From: a virus
Taxonomy: Duplodnaviria; Heunggongvirae; Uroviricota; Caudoviricetes
DNA length: 33,771 nucleotides
Virus record (IMG/VR): IMGVR_UViG_3300025711_000006
Reading direction: 5' to 3' (one strand)
Shown here: piece after piece, positions 24,343-33,202 of the stretch
Numbering within the stretch: position 1 is the first letter of the stretch
Layout: each line of letters starts with the position of its first letter
The notes under the pieces: model-generated
Seen by the model: the letters and a program-made list of their open reading frames with translations, nothing else
Told to the model about the DNA's origin: nothing
The model's database searches: none
Position numbers and translations under genes: made by a program

Positions 24343-24856
24343 GCCATGGATTGAGGCTCCCCATCTCTGGCCAACCAAAGCAGCGTTCTTCGCGTTCCTA
24401 CGGGGCAATCTCCGTAGGGCCGTGTGGGAGAAGTGGCCACTCAAGTTCGAGTTCAAGAATGGAATCTGCGAGCCACCTCCACCGGGCTACACCGGCAGAG
24501 CCAAAAGTGGCCACTACTGCGCCCTTACAGGAGTTTGGGTAGGTAAGTCTGCTGCTGAGATTGACCACATTACAGGCCATGTATCCCTGCAAGATTGGGA
24601 GGACGTAGAGCCTTTCGTTCGCCACCTATGTGCGAGCAAAGAGAACATGCAGTACGTGGACAAGGAAGCCCACAAAATTAAGTCGTATGCAGAGCGGATG
24701 GGCATCACTTTTGATGAAGCCCTGGCCATTAAACAGGCCATTTACCTCTGCAAGAACAAACTAGACAAACAATGGCTCATCGACCGTGGAATCAACCCCG
24801 CCTCGAATGAGTCTGGACGCCGCAAGCAAATAGAACGGATCTTGAAGGCTAAGTAA
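24335..24856 (+). CDS. HNH-like nuclease
   Basis: YCALTG...EIDHITG...NMQYV; ATG 24335 overlaps the exonuclease stop. Confidence 0.7.
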   Translation: MSEPWIEAPHLWPTKAAFFAFLRGNLRRAVWEKWPLKFEFKNGICEPPPPGYTGRAKSGHYCALTGVWVGKSAAEIDHITGHVSLQDWEDVEPFVRHLCASKENMQYVDKEAHKIKSYAERMGITFDEALAIKQAIYLCKNKLDKQWLIDRGINPASNESGRRKQIERILKAK

Positions 24857-25182
24857 TGCAGAAGATGTATATCGCGGTTCTGGATGACGCACCAGATTAC
24901 ATGGTGCCCACCCTGGTAGCCCACAGTGCAATTAACGCGCACCGGTACTTCGAAGGTGATGCACGCTACCAAAACTGGTTGGCCAAGTCCTTCAAGAAGG
25001 TTGTTGTGCGAGTAGGGCGTAAGGAGTTCGATAAGATCGCAGCCCGCCTCATTGTGTGGAAGGGTCATGAGAACACCATTTGCGACGGTAAGCCTTCGTG
25101 CCTGGTTGTGCTGCCAATGGATCCGTATGAAGTACCGCCTCTGCTGAGCTTCGCCAAGCTATGGAAGCCCAAGGAACAATGA
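24856..25182 (+). CDS. peptidyl-tRNA hydrolase type 2 (Pth2)-like protein
   Basis: KMYIAV...LVAHSAI...WLAKSFKKVVVRV...LVVLP follows the PTH2 fold pattern. Confidence 0.6.
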   Translation: MQKMYIAVLDDAPDYMVPTLVAHSAINAHRYFEGDARYQNWLAKSFKKVVVRVGRKEFDKIAARLIVWKGHENTICDGKPSCLVVLPMDPYEVPPLLSFAKLWKPKEQ

Positions 25183-25976
25183 GTAAGAAGATTGTAGTTA
25201 TCGGGGATGTGCAGGTTAAGCCTGGGCAAGACCTTTCACATATCCGGCACATGGGCGAATACATTGCCGACAAGCAACCGGATGTAGTTGTAATTATCGG
25301 GGACTGGTGGGACTTCGAGTCGCTATCATCTTACGATAAAGGCAAGAAGAGTTTCGAGGGTCGCCGCCTGAAGGCTGATATCGAAGCAGGTAATCACGCC
25401 ATGGATATCTTGTTTGCTCCTATGCTGGCTCTCCAGAAGCGGCAAAAAGAGAACCGCAAGAAGGTCTACAAGCCTCGCCTAGTGTTCACCCACGGCAACC
25501 ATGAAGATCGCTTCGACCGCTTGGCTGATAATATGCCCGAGTTGGATGGATTTGTTGGCACAGAGACACTTTCGCTGGACAAATGGGGCTTTGAAGTGTA
25601 TGCTTTCCTTCAGCCAGTCGAGATTGAAGGTATCTTCTTCGTCCACTATCTCGCCAACCCCATGACTGGCAAGCCATACGGCGGTACTGCACTTAACCAG
25701 TTGAAAACGGTAGGGCGTAGTTTCGTTGTAGGCCACAAACAAACTCTCGATATCGCCATTCGCCCGACCATTGACGACAAGATGCAGTTCGCTGTTATCA
25801 ACGGCGCGTCTTATCCGCACGACGAAGGCTATAAAGGATTCCAGGGAAACAACCATTTCCGAGGCATCATTGTTCTCAATGAAGCAAAGGATGGCTTTGC
25901 CCTGCCCATGCCTGTATCGCTCCAGTATTTGAAAGAGCGCTACAGTAAAGTTAAAAGTAATTCCGTAAGTCAGTAA
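25179..25976 (+). CDS. metallophosphoesterase
   Basis: IGDVQ, IIGDWWD, GNHE, FVHY, VGHKQ. Confidence 0.85.
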   Translation: MSKKIVVIGDVQVKPGQDLSHIRHMGEYIADKQPDVVVIIGDWWDFESLSSYDKGKKSFEGRRLKADIEAGNHAMDILFAPMLALQKRQKENRKKVYKPRLVFTHGNHEDRFDRLADNMPELDGFVGTETLSLDKWGFEVYAFLQPVEIEGIFFVHYLANPMTGKPYGGTALNQLKTVGRSFVVGHKQTLDIAIRPTIDDKMQFAVINGASYPHDEGYKGFQGNNHFRGIIVLNEAKDGFALPMPVSLQYLKERYSKVKSNSVSQ

Positions 25977-25986
25977 GAAGAGTAAG
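25957..25986 (+). repeat. GTAAT/GTAAG array (spacing 8,8,9)
   Basis: Copies at 25957, 25965, 25973, 25982; ATG at 25990. Confidence 0.7.
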
Positions 25987-25989
25987 TAC

Positions 25990-26535
25990 ATGACCATTCT
26001 GTTTCATATCCCGCGTGAGCCGGGGAACTACACCTATCGCCTTGATGGCAACACCGTAAGTACCGCAAACGGCGTTTATAGCCACGATTTCCCCCCAGAA
26101 ATGATTCTCGACCAGTTTGTCTCTGGCAATTGGGTGATCCTGGGAGAAGTAGACCTTGAAGAAAATAATGAACCTGATTGCAGCTATGGTGTTGCGTCTG
26201 AGCCTGAAGCTGAATCTGAAGTTGGCGGTGCAGTTGCATCCGATGGCGGTTCCAGCTCTTACTACGACATTGCCGTACCAGACTGGTTTATTGAGCGAGC
26301 AATCGAACGTGCCGTCACTGGTGGTACGGGTTACATCAAAACCGAAGAGCTGATTGAAGTCATCTTCAAGAACGACTTCGATGCCGGTAACGCCTTCAAG
26401 AGCCTGATTCGCCTGTGGGGTGCATTCAACGGCGCTGGTAAGGCTGGTAACTCCGTGAGCTACGACAAGCGGAAGATCGAATACAGCCTAGATAAGCTGG
26501 AACAGCGCTTCGAGCGCCAGGGGGAAGCAGAGTGA
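25990..26535 (+). CDS. DUF3310/SaV-like (putative nucleotide kinase-like) protein
   Basis: SDGGSSSYY...FDAGNAFKSLIR...GKAG...YDKRKI pattern. Family tentative. Confidence 0.65.
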   Translation: MTILFHIPREPGNYTYRLDGNTVSTANGVYSHDFPPEMILDQFVSGNWVILGEVDLEENNEPDCSYGVASEPEAESEVGGAVASDGGSSSYYDIAVPDWFIERAIERAVTGGTGYIKTEELIEVIFKNDFDAGNAFKSLIRLWGAFNGAGKAGNSVSYDKRKIEYSLDKLEQRFERQGEAE

Positions 26536-26882
26536 ACATTCCCTTCCCCACGATGGTACGCGCCCTGGTGAAGCCAGGGGCCGCAATTGTTGACTCGCTG
26601 ACGCCAGAGAATGCCCACCTTGCCCATATGGGTATGGGCATCTCTGGCGAGGCCGGTGAGCTGCTGGACGCTATCAAGAAGGCTGTGATCTATAACAAGC
26701 CACTCGACCGCGTGAACGTAGTTGAAGAGTTGGGCGACCTAGAGTTCTACATGCAAGGTCTGCGTGACGCCCTGAGCATTACCCGCGAAGAGGTATTGGA
26801 AGCTAATATCGCCAAGCTGGGTGAGCGCTATGGTGGACGCTACAGCGATAAAGCTGCCCAGGAACGGGCGGATAAACAATGA
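26532..26882 (+). CDS. mazG: MazG-like nucleoside triphosphate pyrophosphohydrolase
   Basis: GEAGELLDAIKK, EELGD, NIAKL..RY. Confidence 0.88.
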   Translation: MNIPFPTMVRALVKPGAAIVDSLTPENAHLAHMGMGISGEAGELLDAIKKAVIYNKPLDRVNVVEELGDLEFYMQGLRDALSITREEVLEANIAKLGERYGGRYSDKAAQERADKQ

Positions 26883-27121
26883 TTTCGGTTTCTGTTGTAT
26901 CCGCAAGTTGGTGTTCTCAGTGTGGCCCATATAAGCGTGCCCTCGAACAGGCTGGGATTGAGTACGGAACTATTGATGCCGACCACCCAGATAACGAGAA
27001 GTTCTTGCACGCTCATGGTGTTCGTGGACTCCCAACCACGATTGTTTACAAAGACAACGTGCTCCTGGGCTCGGTAGTTGGAAACAACATCCCGAAGCTG
27101 AAGGAATTGCTGAATGACTAA
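26879..27121 (+). CDS. glutaredoxin/thioredoxin-like protein
   Basis: WCSQC active site and VRGLPT cis-Pro motif; adjacent to ThyX/RNR. Confidence 0.85.
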   Translation: MISVSVVSASWCSQCGPYKRALEQAGIEYGTIDADHPDNEKFLHAHGVRGLPTTIVYKDNVLLGSVVGNNIPKLKELLND

Positions 27122-28067
27122 GATTTCAGCAACCATTATTCAACGTAGCCGGTGCATTCGCACTGGCAAAGAGATTGTAACTTTCGAGCTGGTCTATCAA
27201 CGCATGATTCATGCGGAAATGCTCACGCACCGGGCCTTCAGCCGTAACAGTGCTTCTAGCCGAGCTATCCCTGTTACGAAAGTCGTGGAGATGGTTCGTA
27301 CAGACTGGGCAGAGCCAGAACACTGGGGTAAGAACCAGCCGGGTATGCAGGCGCGTGAAGAGTTGGGTACGTTCGAACTGGAGGTAGTTAAAGACCTTTG
27401 GGCAGAAGCCGCAAACGCTGCCGCCGACTTCTCCGAAGCGATGGCTAAGGTGGGTGCCCATAAGCAGGTCGCCAACCGCGTAACTGAGCCGTACCAGTGG
27501 ATGAAAGTCGTACTGACTTACACCGAGGGCGAGAACTTCAGGTGGCTACGCAACCACGAAGATGCTGACCCTACGCTACACGCTCTCACCAAGGCCATGA
27601 TTGCCGAACTGGATTCAAAGCCAGCGTTCGATATCTACCCAGGTGAATGGCATGTGCCGTATGTAAAGCGTGTGCGTGCTGGTAGTGAACTGAAGTACTA
27701 CACCGAAGTGTATCTTGGTGATGATGAGCACGATGTGCAGTACCTCACAGTAGATGAAGCGCTGGCCGTAAGTTCGAGCTGCTGTGCCCAGGTTAGCTAC
27801 CGCACCCTAGATATGAGCCTAGATAAGGCCAAGATGATCTTTAGTCGTCTTGTCGAAAGTGAGCCGGTACATGCCAGCCCGTTCGAACATCAGGCAACCC
27901 CGATGGTTCGCTCTGAGTGGCCAGAGTATATCGACCCAAGTGTATGGCTTAACGATGAGGAAGAGGGCGTTACACACGCAGACCGGGAAGGTAATTACTG
28001 GTCCGGCAACTTCCAAGGATTCATTCAGCATCGCCAACTGATTAAAAACAACGCAAAGAAAGGCTGA
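27114..28067 (+). CDS. thyX: flavin-dependent thymidylate synthase
   Basis: THRAFSRNSASSRAIP signature, HKQVANR, HASPFEHQA. Confidence 0.9.
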   Translation: MTKISATIIQRSRCIRTGKEIVTFELVYQRMIHAEMLTHRAFSRNSASSRAIPVTKVVEMVRTDWAEPEHWGKNQPGMQAREELGTFELEVVKDLWAEAANAAADFSEAMAKVGAHKQVANRVTEPYQWMKVVLTYTEGENFRWLRNHEDADPTLHALTKAMIAELDSKPAFDIYPGEWHVPYVKRVRAGSELKYYTEVYLGDDEHDVQYLTVDEALAVSSSCCAQVSYRTLDMSLDKAKMIFSRLVESEPVHASPFEHQATPMVRSEWPEYIDPSVWLNDEEEGVTHADREGNYWSGNFQGFIQHRQLIKNNAKKG

Positions 28068-28070
28068 GCT

Positions 28071-28472
28071 ATGGTTGATCTAGCCCGTAGTGAGAGCGAT
28101 CTGTATCTGATCGACAACTTTAAGGAAGACTTCGCAGCCAGCCTTAAAGATTTCAATACCAACTACGACGTAGTTGAAGAATGTAACGAGCGTCATGTGT
28201 TCGTGCTTGATCCAGTCATCCTGGCCTACTTGCATACGAATGGCATTGACCAAAACAAACCGGTAGAGATGGTACAGAACCATCACCGTAACGACCGTAA
28301 ACAGGCTGTTTATTGCTATCGGTTTGAAGGCCATGAGCGCCTTGACGAAGAATGGATCCGCAGCGGCGCTGCGACACTAGATGCAATTATTGCGTCTTCC
28401 AAGGATGGAAGTATGCGCTTTGCACTCCGCAGTATGAGTGCAGACGTATCGAGGGAACGAGGCTTCGAGTAA
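28071..28472 (+). CDS. hypothetical protein
   Basis: Co-oriented ORF with AAAGG RBS between thyX and nrdA. Confidence 0.7.
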   Translation: MVDLARSESDLYLIDNFKEDFAASLKDFNTNYDVVEECNERHVFVLDPVILAYLHTNGIDQNKPVEMVQNHHRNDRKQAVYCYRFEGHERLDEEWIRSGAATLDAIIASSKDGSMRFALRSMSADVSRERGFE

Positions 28473-30329
28473 GTGTTAGACGGCTATATTAGACAGCACC
28501 TAGGTGTACAAGTAGACCTTTCGCGTGACGCATCTCTGCCAGAACAAGGCTTTGCGATGTTGACCCGGAAGGGCTTCTACAAGAAAGATTGGGAAACCAG
28601 TCCACAGGAAGGATTCGCACGGGCAGCAAGTTGCTATTCGTTCGGTGACTACGCCCTGGCACAGCGTATCTATGATGCTGCGTCTAAAGGCTGGTTCACT
28701 AACGCAAGCCCAGTACTCTCGAACGCAGTTGAAATCAATTGGCCGTACTTCGGTCCAGATGAGTTCAAAGAGGCGGGCGACTGGCTGGAGAAGAACGTAA
28801 AGCCAGATGGTATGCCCATCAGTTGCTTCCTGACCAAAGTAAGTGACAACAAGCAATCCCTGGTTGAAACCCGCAGTGAGACTGAATGGCTCTCGATGAT
28901 GGGTGGTGGTGTGGGTGTTTGGTTCGGCAACCGGGCCCCGGATGAGAAATCGACCGGTGTTATGGCTCACGCTGCTGGTTATGACGCGGATACCCTGGCT
29001 TTCAAGCAGAAGGAATCCCGTCGCGGCAGCATTGCAGCCTACTTGGACGTAGATCACCCGGAAATCATGCAATTCATTCGAATGCGTGACCCGGTAGGTG
29101 GCGACCCGAACAAGAAGTGTTTCAACTTGAACAACGCGGTAACTCTTACCGACAAGTTCATGGTTGCAGTAATCAAAGGTGAAGACTACGAACTGATTGA
29201 CCCTAAACATGGTCCTACAGGTCGTTTCCTGAATGCCCGCGAAGTACTGGAACTGATTCACCAGATGCGTTTCGAAACTGGTGAGCCTTATATCCTGTTC
29301 CGTGATACGGTTAACCGTCTCCGTCCAGGCTGGATTCGCAACCCGCATTATTATGTGGGTCAAAGCAACCTATGCAGCGAGATTATGCTGTGGACTTCTG
29401 AGAAGCGTACCGCTGTATGCTGCCTGTCCTCGCTTAACCTTGAAAAATATGATGAATGGAAAGATACGACCCTAGTTGCGGACTTGATTCGCTACTTGGA
29501 CAACGTACTGGAGTTCTTCATTCGACTGGCACCGCCAGAGCTGAAAAAGGCTGTTTACTCCGCGAAGAAAGAACGCGCCCTGGGCCTGGGTACACTTGGC
29601 TGGCACTCTTACTTGCAAAGTAAGATGATCCCGTTTGAGAGCGGTGGGTTTAACAGTGCTATCCAGCACACCCACATGATCTACAAGCGCCTGCGTGAGC
29701 AAGGTATCGCATCTAGCCTCCAGCTCGCCCTGGAGCGTGGTGAAGCGCCGGATTGTGCCGGTAGCGGCATGCGGAACAGCCACCTGTTTGCAATCGCCCC
29801 GAACGCTTCCAGTTCTAGCCTGGTTGGAGCTTCACCGAGCATCGAGCCGTGGGCAGACAACTGCTTTGTTGCTGATGGGCGGGCAGGTGCCTTCCTCATC
29901 AAGAACAAGTGGCTTGAGCGCCTGTTGCAAGCGAAAGGGATGGATACCCCGGAAGTCTGGGAGTTCATCAAGAATGACGACGGTAGTGTGCAGAACCTGG
30001 ACTTCCTGACCGACTTTGAAAAGTCCGTGTTCAAGACGTTCAAGGAAACTGCCCCGATGTGGATCATCGAGCAGGCAGCAGCACGTACCCCGTACATTTG
30101 CCAGGGAACCAGCTTGAACATCAAGGTTCCGCACAACATCACGAAGCAAGAGATGATGGATATCACCATTACCGCTTGGCACCGTGGTTTGAAGGCCCTG
30201 TACTACTGCCGTGCCGAAGGCACTGCAAAAGCAGATATCGGGACCGGTGGGGAAAAGCCACTAAACGCAGTACCAGTGAAGAAAAAAGTTGAGTACGCGG
30301 ATACTACTTGTCTTGCGTGCGAGGGATAA
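28473..30329 (+). CDS. nrdA: class I ribonucleotide reductase alpha subunit (no ATP cone)
   Basis: PISCF, GGGVG, SNLCSE, CCLSSLN, IAPNASSS, LYYCR, C-terminal CLACEG. Confidence 0.95.
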   Translation: MLDGYIRQHLGVQVDLSRDASLPEQGFAMLTRKGFYKKDWETSPQEGFARAASCYSFGDYALAQRIYDAASKGWFTNASPVLSNAVEINWPYFGPDEFKEAGDWLEKNVKPDGMPISCFLTKVSDNKQSLVETRSETEWLSMMGGGVGVWFGNRAPDEKSTGVMAHAAGYDADTLAFKQKESRRGSIAAYLDVDHPEIMQFIRMRDPVGGDPNKKCFNLNNAVTLTDKFMVAVIKGEDYELIDPKHGPTGRFLNAREVLELIHQMRFETGEPYILFRDTVNRLRPGWIRNPHYYVGQSNLCSEIMLWTSEKRTAVCCLSSLNLEKYDEWKDTTLVADLIRYLDNVLEFFIRLAPPELKKAVYSAKKERALGLGTLGWHSYLQSKMIPFESGGFNSAIQHTHMIYKRLREQGIASSLQLALERGEAPDCAGSGMRNSHLFAIAPNASSSSLVGASPSIEPWADNCFVADGRAGAFLIKNKWLERLLQAKGMDTPEVWEFIKNDDGSVQNLDFLTDFEKSVFKTFKETAPMWIIEQAAARTPYICQGTSLNIKVPHNITKQEMMDITITAWHRGLKALYYCRAEGTAKADIGTGGEKPLNAVPVKKKVEYADTTCLACEG

Positions 30330-30332
30330 GTT

Positions 30333-31349
30333 TTGAGCGTATTTAAAGAGAGCCAGTCATACCGGCCATTCACTTACTCATGGGCGGCTGACGCCGCCCA
30401 GCGTCACGCAATTGAGATGTTCTGGGATGTACACCAGATCAACTTGCAGGACGACATTCAGCAGTACTTCTCGAAAGAGGGCATGAAGACGGCTACCGTC
30501 TCTCACGACCAGAATAAGGGCTTGCTTGATGCTACCCTTTGCCTGTTTACGGAGATGGATAGCACTGTTGCGGGCGGGTACACTGAAGTACTCCCGTTCA
30601 TTAAGAACAATGAAATCCGCAACATGATGCTGACCTTCGCTGCCCGCGAAGTTACACACCAGCGAGCTTATGCCCTGGCAGCAGAAACCTTCGGCTTTAA
30701 CAACTCCGACTGGATTAAGTTTGCCCAGTACAAAGAGATGGTCGATAAGCTCGATGTAATGGCTGAAGATATGGTGCCTTTCGGGGCCCGTGATGAACTT
30801 CGTGCAGCCATCAAGCTTACACAGATCCTCCTGGGCGAGGGTGTTGGCCTGTTCGGTGCGTTCGCCACTCTGTTGAACATGAAGCGTTGCGGCATTATGA
30901 ACGGCTTCAACGATATCAACGAATGGTCGCTGAAGGATGAGCAAGAGCATGTAATCAACAACATCAGTGTCGTCAAGGAGATGCGTAACGACCTGACCGA
31001 AGTTGAACGCATGGCCCTGGAGTACATCACTCGCCGGTTTATCGACAAGTTCAAAGAGGCAGAGTATCGCTACCTTGAACTGGTATTCGAGATGGGTGGG
31101 GCCGAGGGTTTGACCCTGGCCGAGATGAAGGGTTATATCGACTACTTGTGCCAACTGCGTTTGTTCCAACTGGGGTATTGCCAATTGTCCGAAGTACCAG
31201 TTAACCCGCTGCCTTGGATGGAATGGTTGCTGGGTGCCAACAAGCACTCCAACTTCTTCGAGAAGAAGGTAACGGACTATGTTCACAAAGAGCTTCCAGG
31301 GGAGGTTAATTATAACCGCTACCTGCATATGCTACCGCGTGCAGCATGA
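30333..31349 (+). CDS. nrdB: class Ia ribonucleotide reductase beta subunit
   Basis: FTEMD, EVTHQRAY (radical Tyr present), EG..LF..F, DEQEH, NFFE. Confidence 0.95.
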   Translation: MSVFKESQSYRPFTYSWAADAAQRHAIEMFWDVHQINLQDDIQQYFSKEGMKTATVSHDQNKGLLDATLCLFTEMDSTVAGGYTEVLPFIKNNEIRNMMLTFAAREVTHQRAYALAAETFGFNNSDWIKFAQYKEMVDKLDVMAEDMVPFGARDELRAAIKLTQILLGEGVGLFGAFATLLNMKRCGIMNGFNDINEWSLKDEQEHVINNISVVKEMRNDLTEVERMALEYITRRFIDKFKEAEYRYLELVFEMGGAEGLTLAEMKGYIDYLCQLRLFQLGYCQLSEVPVNPLPWMEWLLGANKHSNFFEKKVTDYVHKELPGEVNYNRYLHMLPRAA

Positions 31350-31468
31350 TTACCTTACTTGATATGGCTGAGTGGACGCTTTACGCCTGGGATGCCTTAG
31401 TTGCCCGCTGTAGAGCAGATACATTGCGAATGGCCAAAACCTTACATATTCGCACGCCTCACGGATGA
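31346..31468 (+). CDS. possible 40-aa peptide
   Basis: ATGA-coupled to nrdB and ends just before the terminator (MITLLDMAEWTLYAWDAL...). Confidence 0.4.
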   Translation: MITLLDMAEWTLYAWDALVARCRADTLRMAKTLHIRTPHG

Positions 31469-31476
31469 GGCTTTAC

Positions 31477-31503
31477 GCCCCGCCTGGTGCGGGGCTTCTT
31501 TTT
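31477..31503 (+). terminator. Rho-independent terminator
   Basis: GCCCCGC-CTGGT-GCGGGGC followed by TTCTTTTT. Confidence 0.85.
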
Positions 31504-31517
31504 GCCTACGAAAAGGC

Positions 31518-31547
31518 TTGACACGGGGAGTGGTTTTCTCGTACACT
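31518..31547 (+). promoter_or_regulatory. sigma70-like promoter containing the TCTCGTACACT motif
   Basis: TTGACA (31518-31523), 18 nt, TACACT (31542-31547), immediately after the terminator. Confidence 0.6.
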
Positions 31548-31571
31548 TCCGCATGTAAGACGGTAATACCA

Positions 31572-32243
31572 GTGACACAGATATTTAAACGGTTCGAAAA
31601 GAACCAGCACGGTAGAGACTTTGTAGTAGGTGATATTCACGGCGAGTTCTTCCTACTTGAACGCAAGCTGAGAGAGATTGGATTCGATAAGCGTTACGAC
31701 CGACTCTTTGCAGTAGGCGACTTGGTGGACCGAGGCCCGCGTAGCGACGAAGCAGTCTTCTACGTGATGAAAGAACCCTGGTTCTACTCGGTAAAGGGCA
31801 ACCACGAACAGTTGCTAATCGACTCCGTGAATTCCACTTTCCCAGACGCACGCGCAATCCACTACGGCAACGGTGGAGGATGGTTCTACGGCCTCCCTGA
31901 GATTGAGCAGCAGTGTATTGCCGCAGTACTGGATGATTTACCCCTGGCCATCGAGGTCGAGACTGATAAAGGTCTGGTGGGGATTGTCCACGCAGAAGTA
32001 CCGCTAGACGACTGGACTCTATTCAAATCGCAATACCATGAAAACCAGATCCGCTTCGAGGCATCAGCCCTGTGGAAGCGTTCACGTATTGACCGTGGAC
32101 GAACCCACCCGGTTGAAGGCGTTGTCGCGGTTTACTGTGGCCATACGCCGGTAGAACGGTACACCGTCCTGGGCAATGTTCATTGCCTTGATACCGGCGC
32201 CTGCTGGGAAGATGGCCACTTTACCATTGTACAGATTCAATAG
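31572..32243 (+). CDS. serine/threonine protein phosphatase (NinI/PphA-like)
   Basis: GDIHG, GDLVDRGP, GNHE, VHAE, CGHTP, DTG. GTG 31572 lies downstream of the promoter. Confidence 0.9.
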   Translation: MTQIFKRFEKNQHGRDFVVGDIHGEFFLLERKLREIGFDKRYDRLFAVGDLVDRGPRSDEAVFYVMKEPWFYSVKGNHEQLLIDSVNSTFPDARAIHYGNGGGWFYGLPEIEQQCIAAVLDDLPLAIEVETDKGLVGIVHAEVPLDDWTLFKSQYHENQIRFEASALWKRSRIDRGRTHPVEGVVAVYCGHTPVERYTVLGNVHCLDTGACWEDGHFTIVQIQ

Positions 32244-32447
32244 TTGGAGCGTTGTGTGTTCGAAGAAGAAGGCTCGGTTGGCCAAGTAATGCCGCAAGAC
32301 CAGTTTACACGCAGGCCGTTTAAGACACTGGAAGCGCTAACCGATTTTATCCGTACTTTCAATATCACCAATGGCGGGTTTGCCTATGGTGAGTTTCCAG
32401 AACTAGGTACTTGCTATTTGCTGGAGTACCCTACAAGGCAGGAATAG
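32244..32447 (+). CDS. hypothetical protein
   Basis: Abuts both neighbours; TTG start uncertain. Confidence 0.55.
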   Translation: MERCVFEEEGSVGQVMPQDQFTRRPFKTLEALTDFIRTFNITNGGFAYGEFPELGTCYLLEYPTRQE

Positions 32448-33002
32448 ATGTACTACGCAGGCATTGGAAGCCGCGATACTCCCGAGAACATAGGTCTAAT
32501 CATGACGGACTTAGCTCGGGAGTTGGAGAAGGCAGGATTCATCCTTCGTTCGGGTGGCGCCAGAGGCGCCGATACGTTCTTTGAGCGTGGAGTAACGGAC
32601 AATGACAACAAGCAAATATTTATTCATAAAGAGAACGTTTTCGGTAAACGCCACCAGCCGCAGGCGGGGGTCTACAATGCTCAGAGATATGCCGACTACT
32701 TGGATGCCGAAGAACTTGCCTCGAAAGTGCATCCCATGTGGCATCGCTGCAACGATTCGGCCCGACAACTACACGCCCGAAACGTGTATCAGGTGCTCGG
32801 CCCTGGCTTTCTGGGGTCTTCAGTAGTTCACAGTAGCTTCCTAGTGTGTTGGGCTATTCCGGACATTCACGGAATCCCTGAAGGCGGTACACGCACTGCC
32901 TGGAGGATTGCTGAGCAGCACAATATCTCTCGTTTTAACCTCGCTCGCCAGGACGACCGCAAGCGGGTATTGGATTGGCTCGAATCAAGGAAGGCTGCAT
33001 GA
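32448..33002 (+). CDS. SLOG/DprA-like family protein
   Basis: YAGIGSRDTP, LRSGGARGAD, HARNVYQVLG, GGTRTA. Confidence 0.8.
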   Translation: MYYAGIGSRDTPENIGLIMTDLARELEKAGFILRSGGARGADTFFERGVTDNDNKQIFIHKENVFGKRHQPQAGVYNAQRYADYLDAEELASKVHPMWHRCNDSARQLHARNVYQVLGPGFLGSSVVHSSFLVCWAIPDIHGIPEGGTRTAWRIAEQHNISRFNLARQDDRKRVLDWLESRKAA

Positions 33003-33202
33003 GCGAACCGCAAGTACTGACCCTGGAGAACTGTTCAATCACCTACACGTATGAAAACGGTAGCGTGACGATCTTCAGCTACACCGGGCAACCCCAGGAC
33101 GCAATCAAAGAGCTGATGGAGCGCTACTTGCTGCCCCAGAAACGCTACTTGGAGCATCCATATCACCCAGGGCAACCCTGGTGGGGTCAAACAGCCCCTT
33201 AG
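32999..33202 (+). CDS. hypothetical protein
   Basis: ATGA coupling, AGGAAGG upstream. Confidence 0.65.
   Translation: MSEPQVLTLENCSITYTYENGSVTIFSYTGQPQDAIKELMERYLLPQKRYLEHPYHPGQPWWGQTAP

Noticed and set aside
30378-31328. Long antisense ORFs (e.g. 30378-31328, 28500-29363, 13677-14441, 4861-5730)
   Set aside because: They mirror well-identified sense genes, as expected from codon bias, and carry no recognisable motifs.
31401-31571. N-terminal extension of the phosphatase ORF
   Set aside because: It spans a terminator and a promoter; the real start is most likely GTG 31572.
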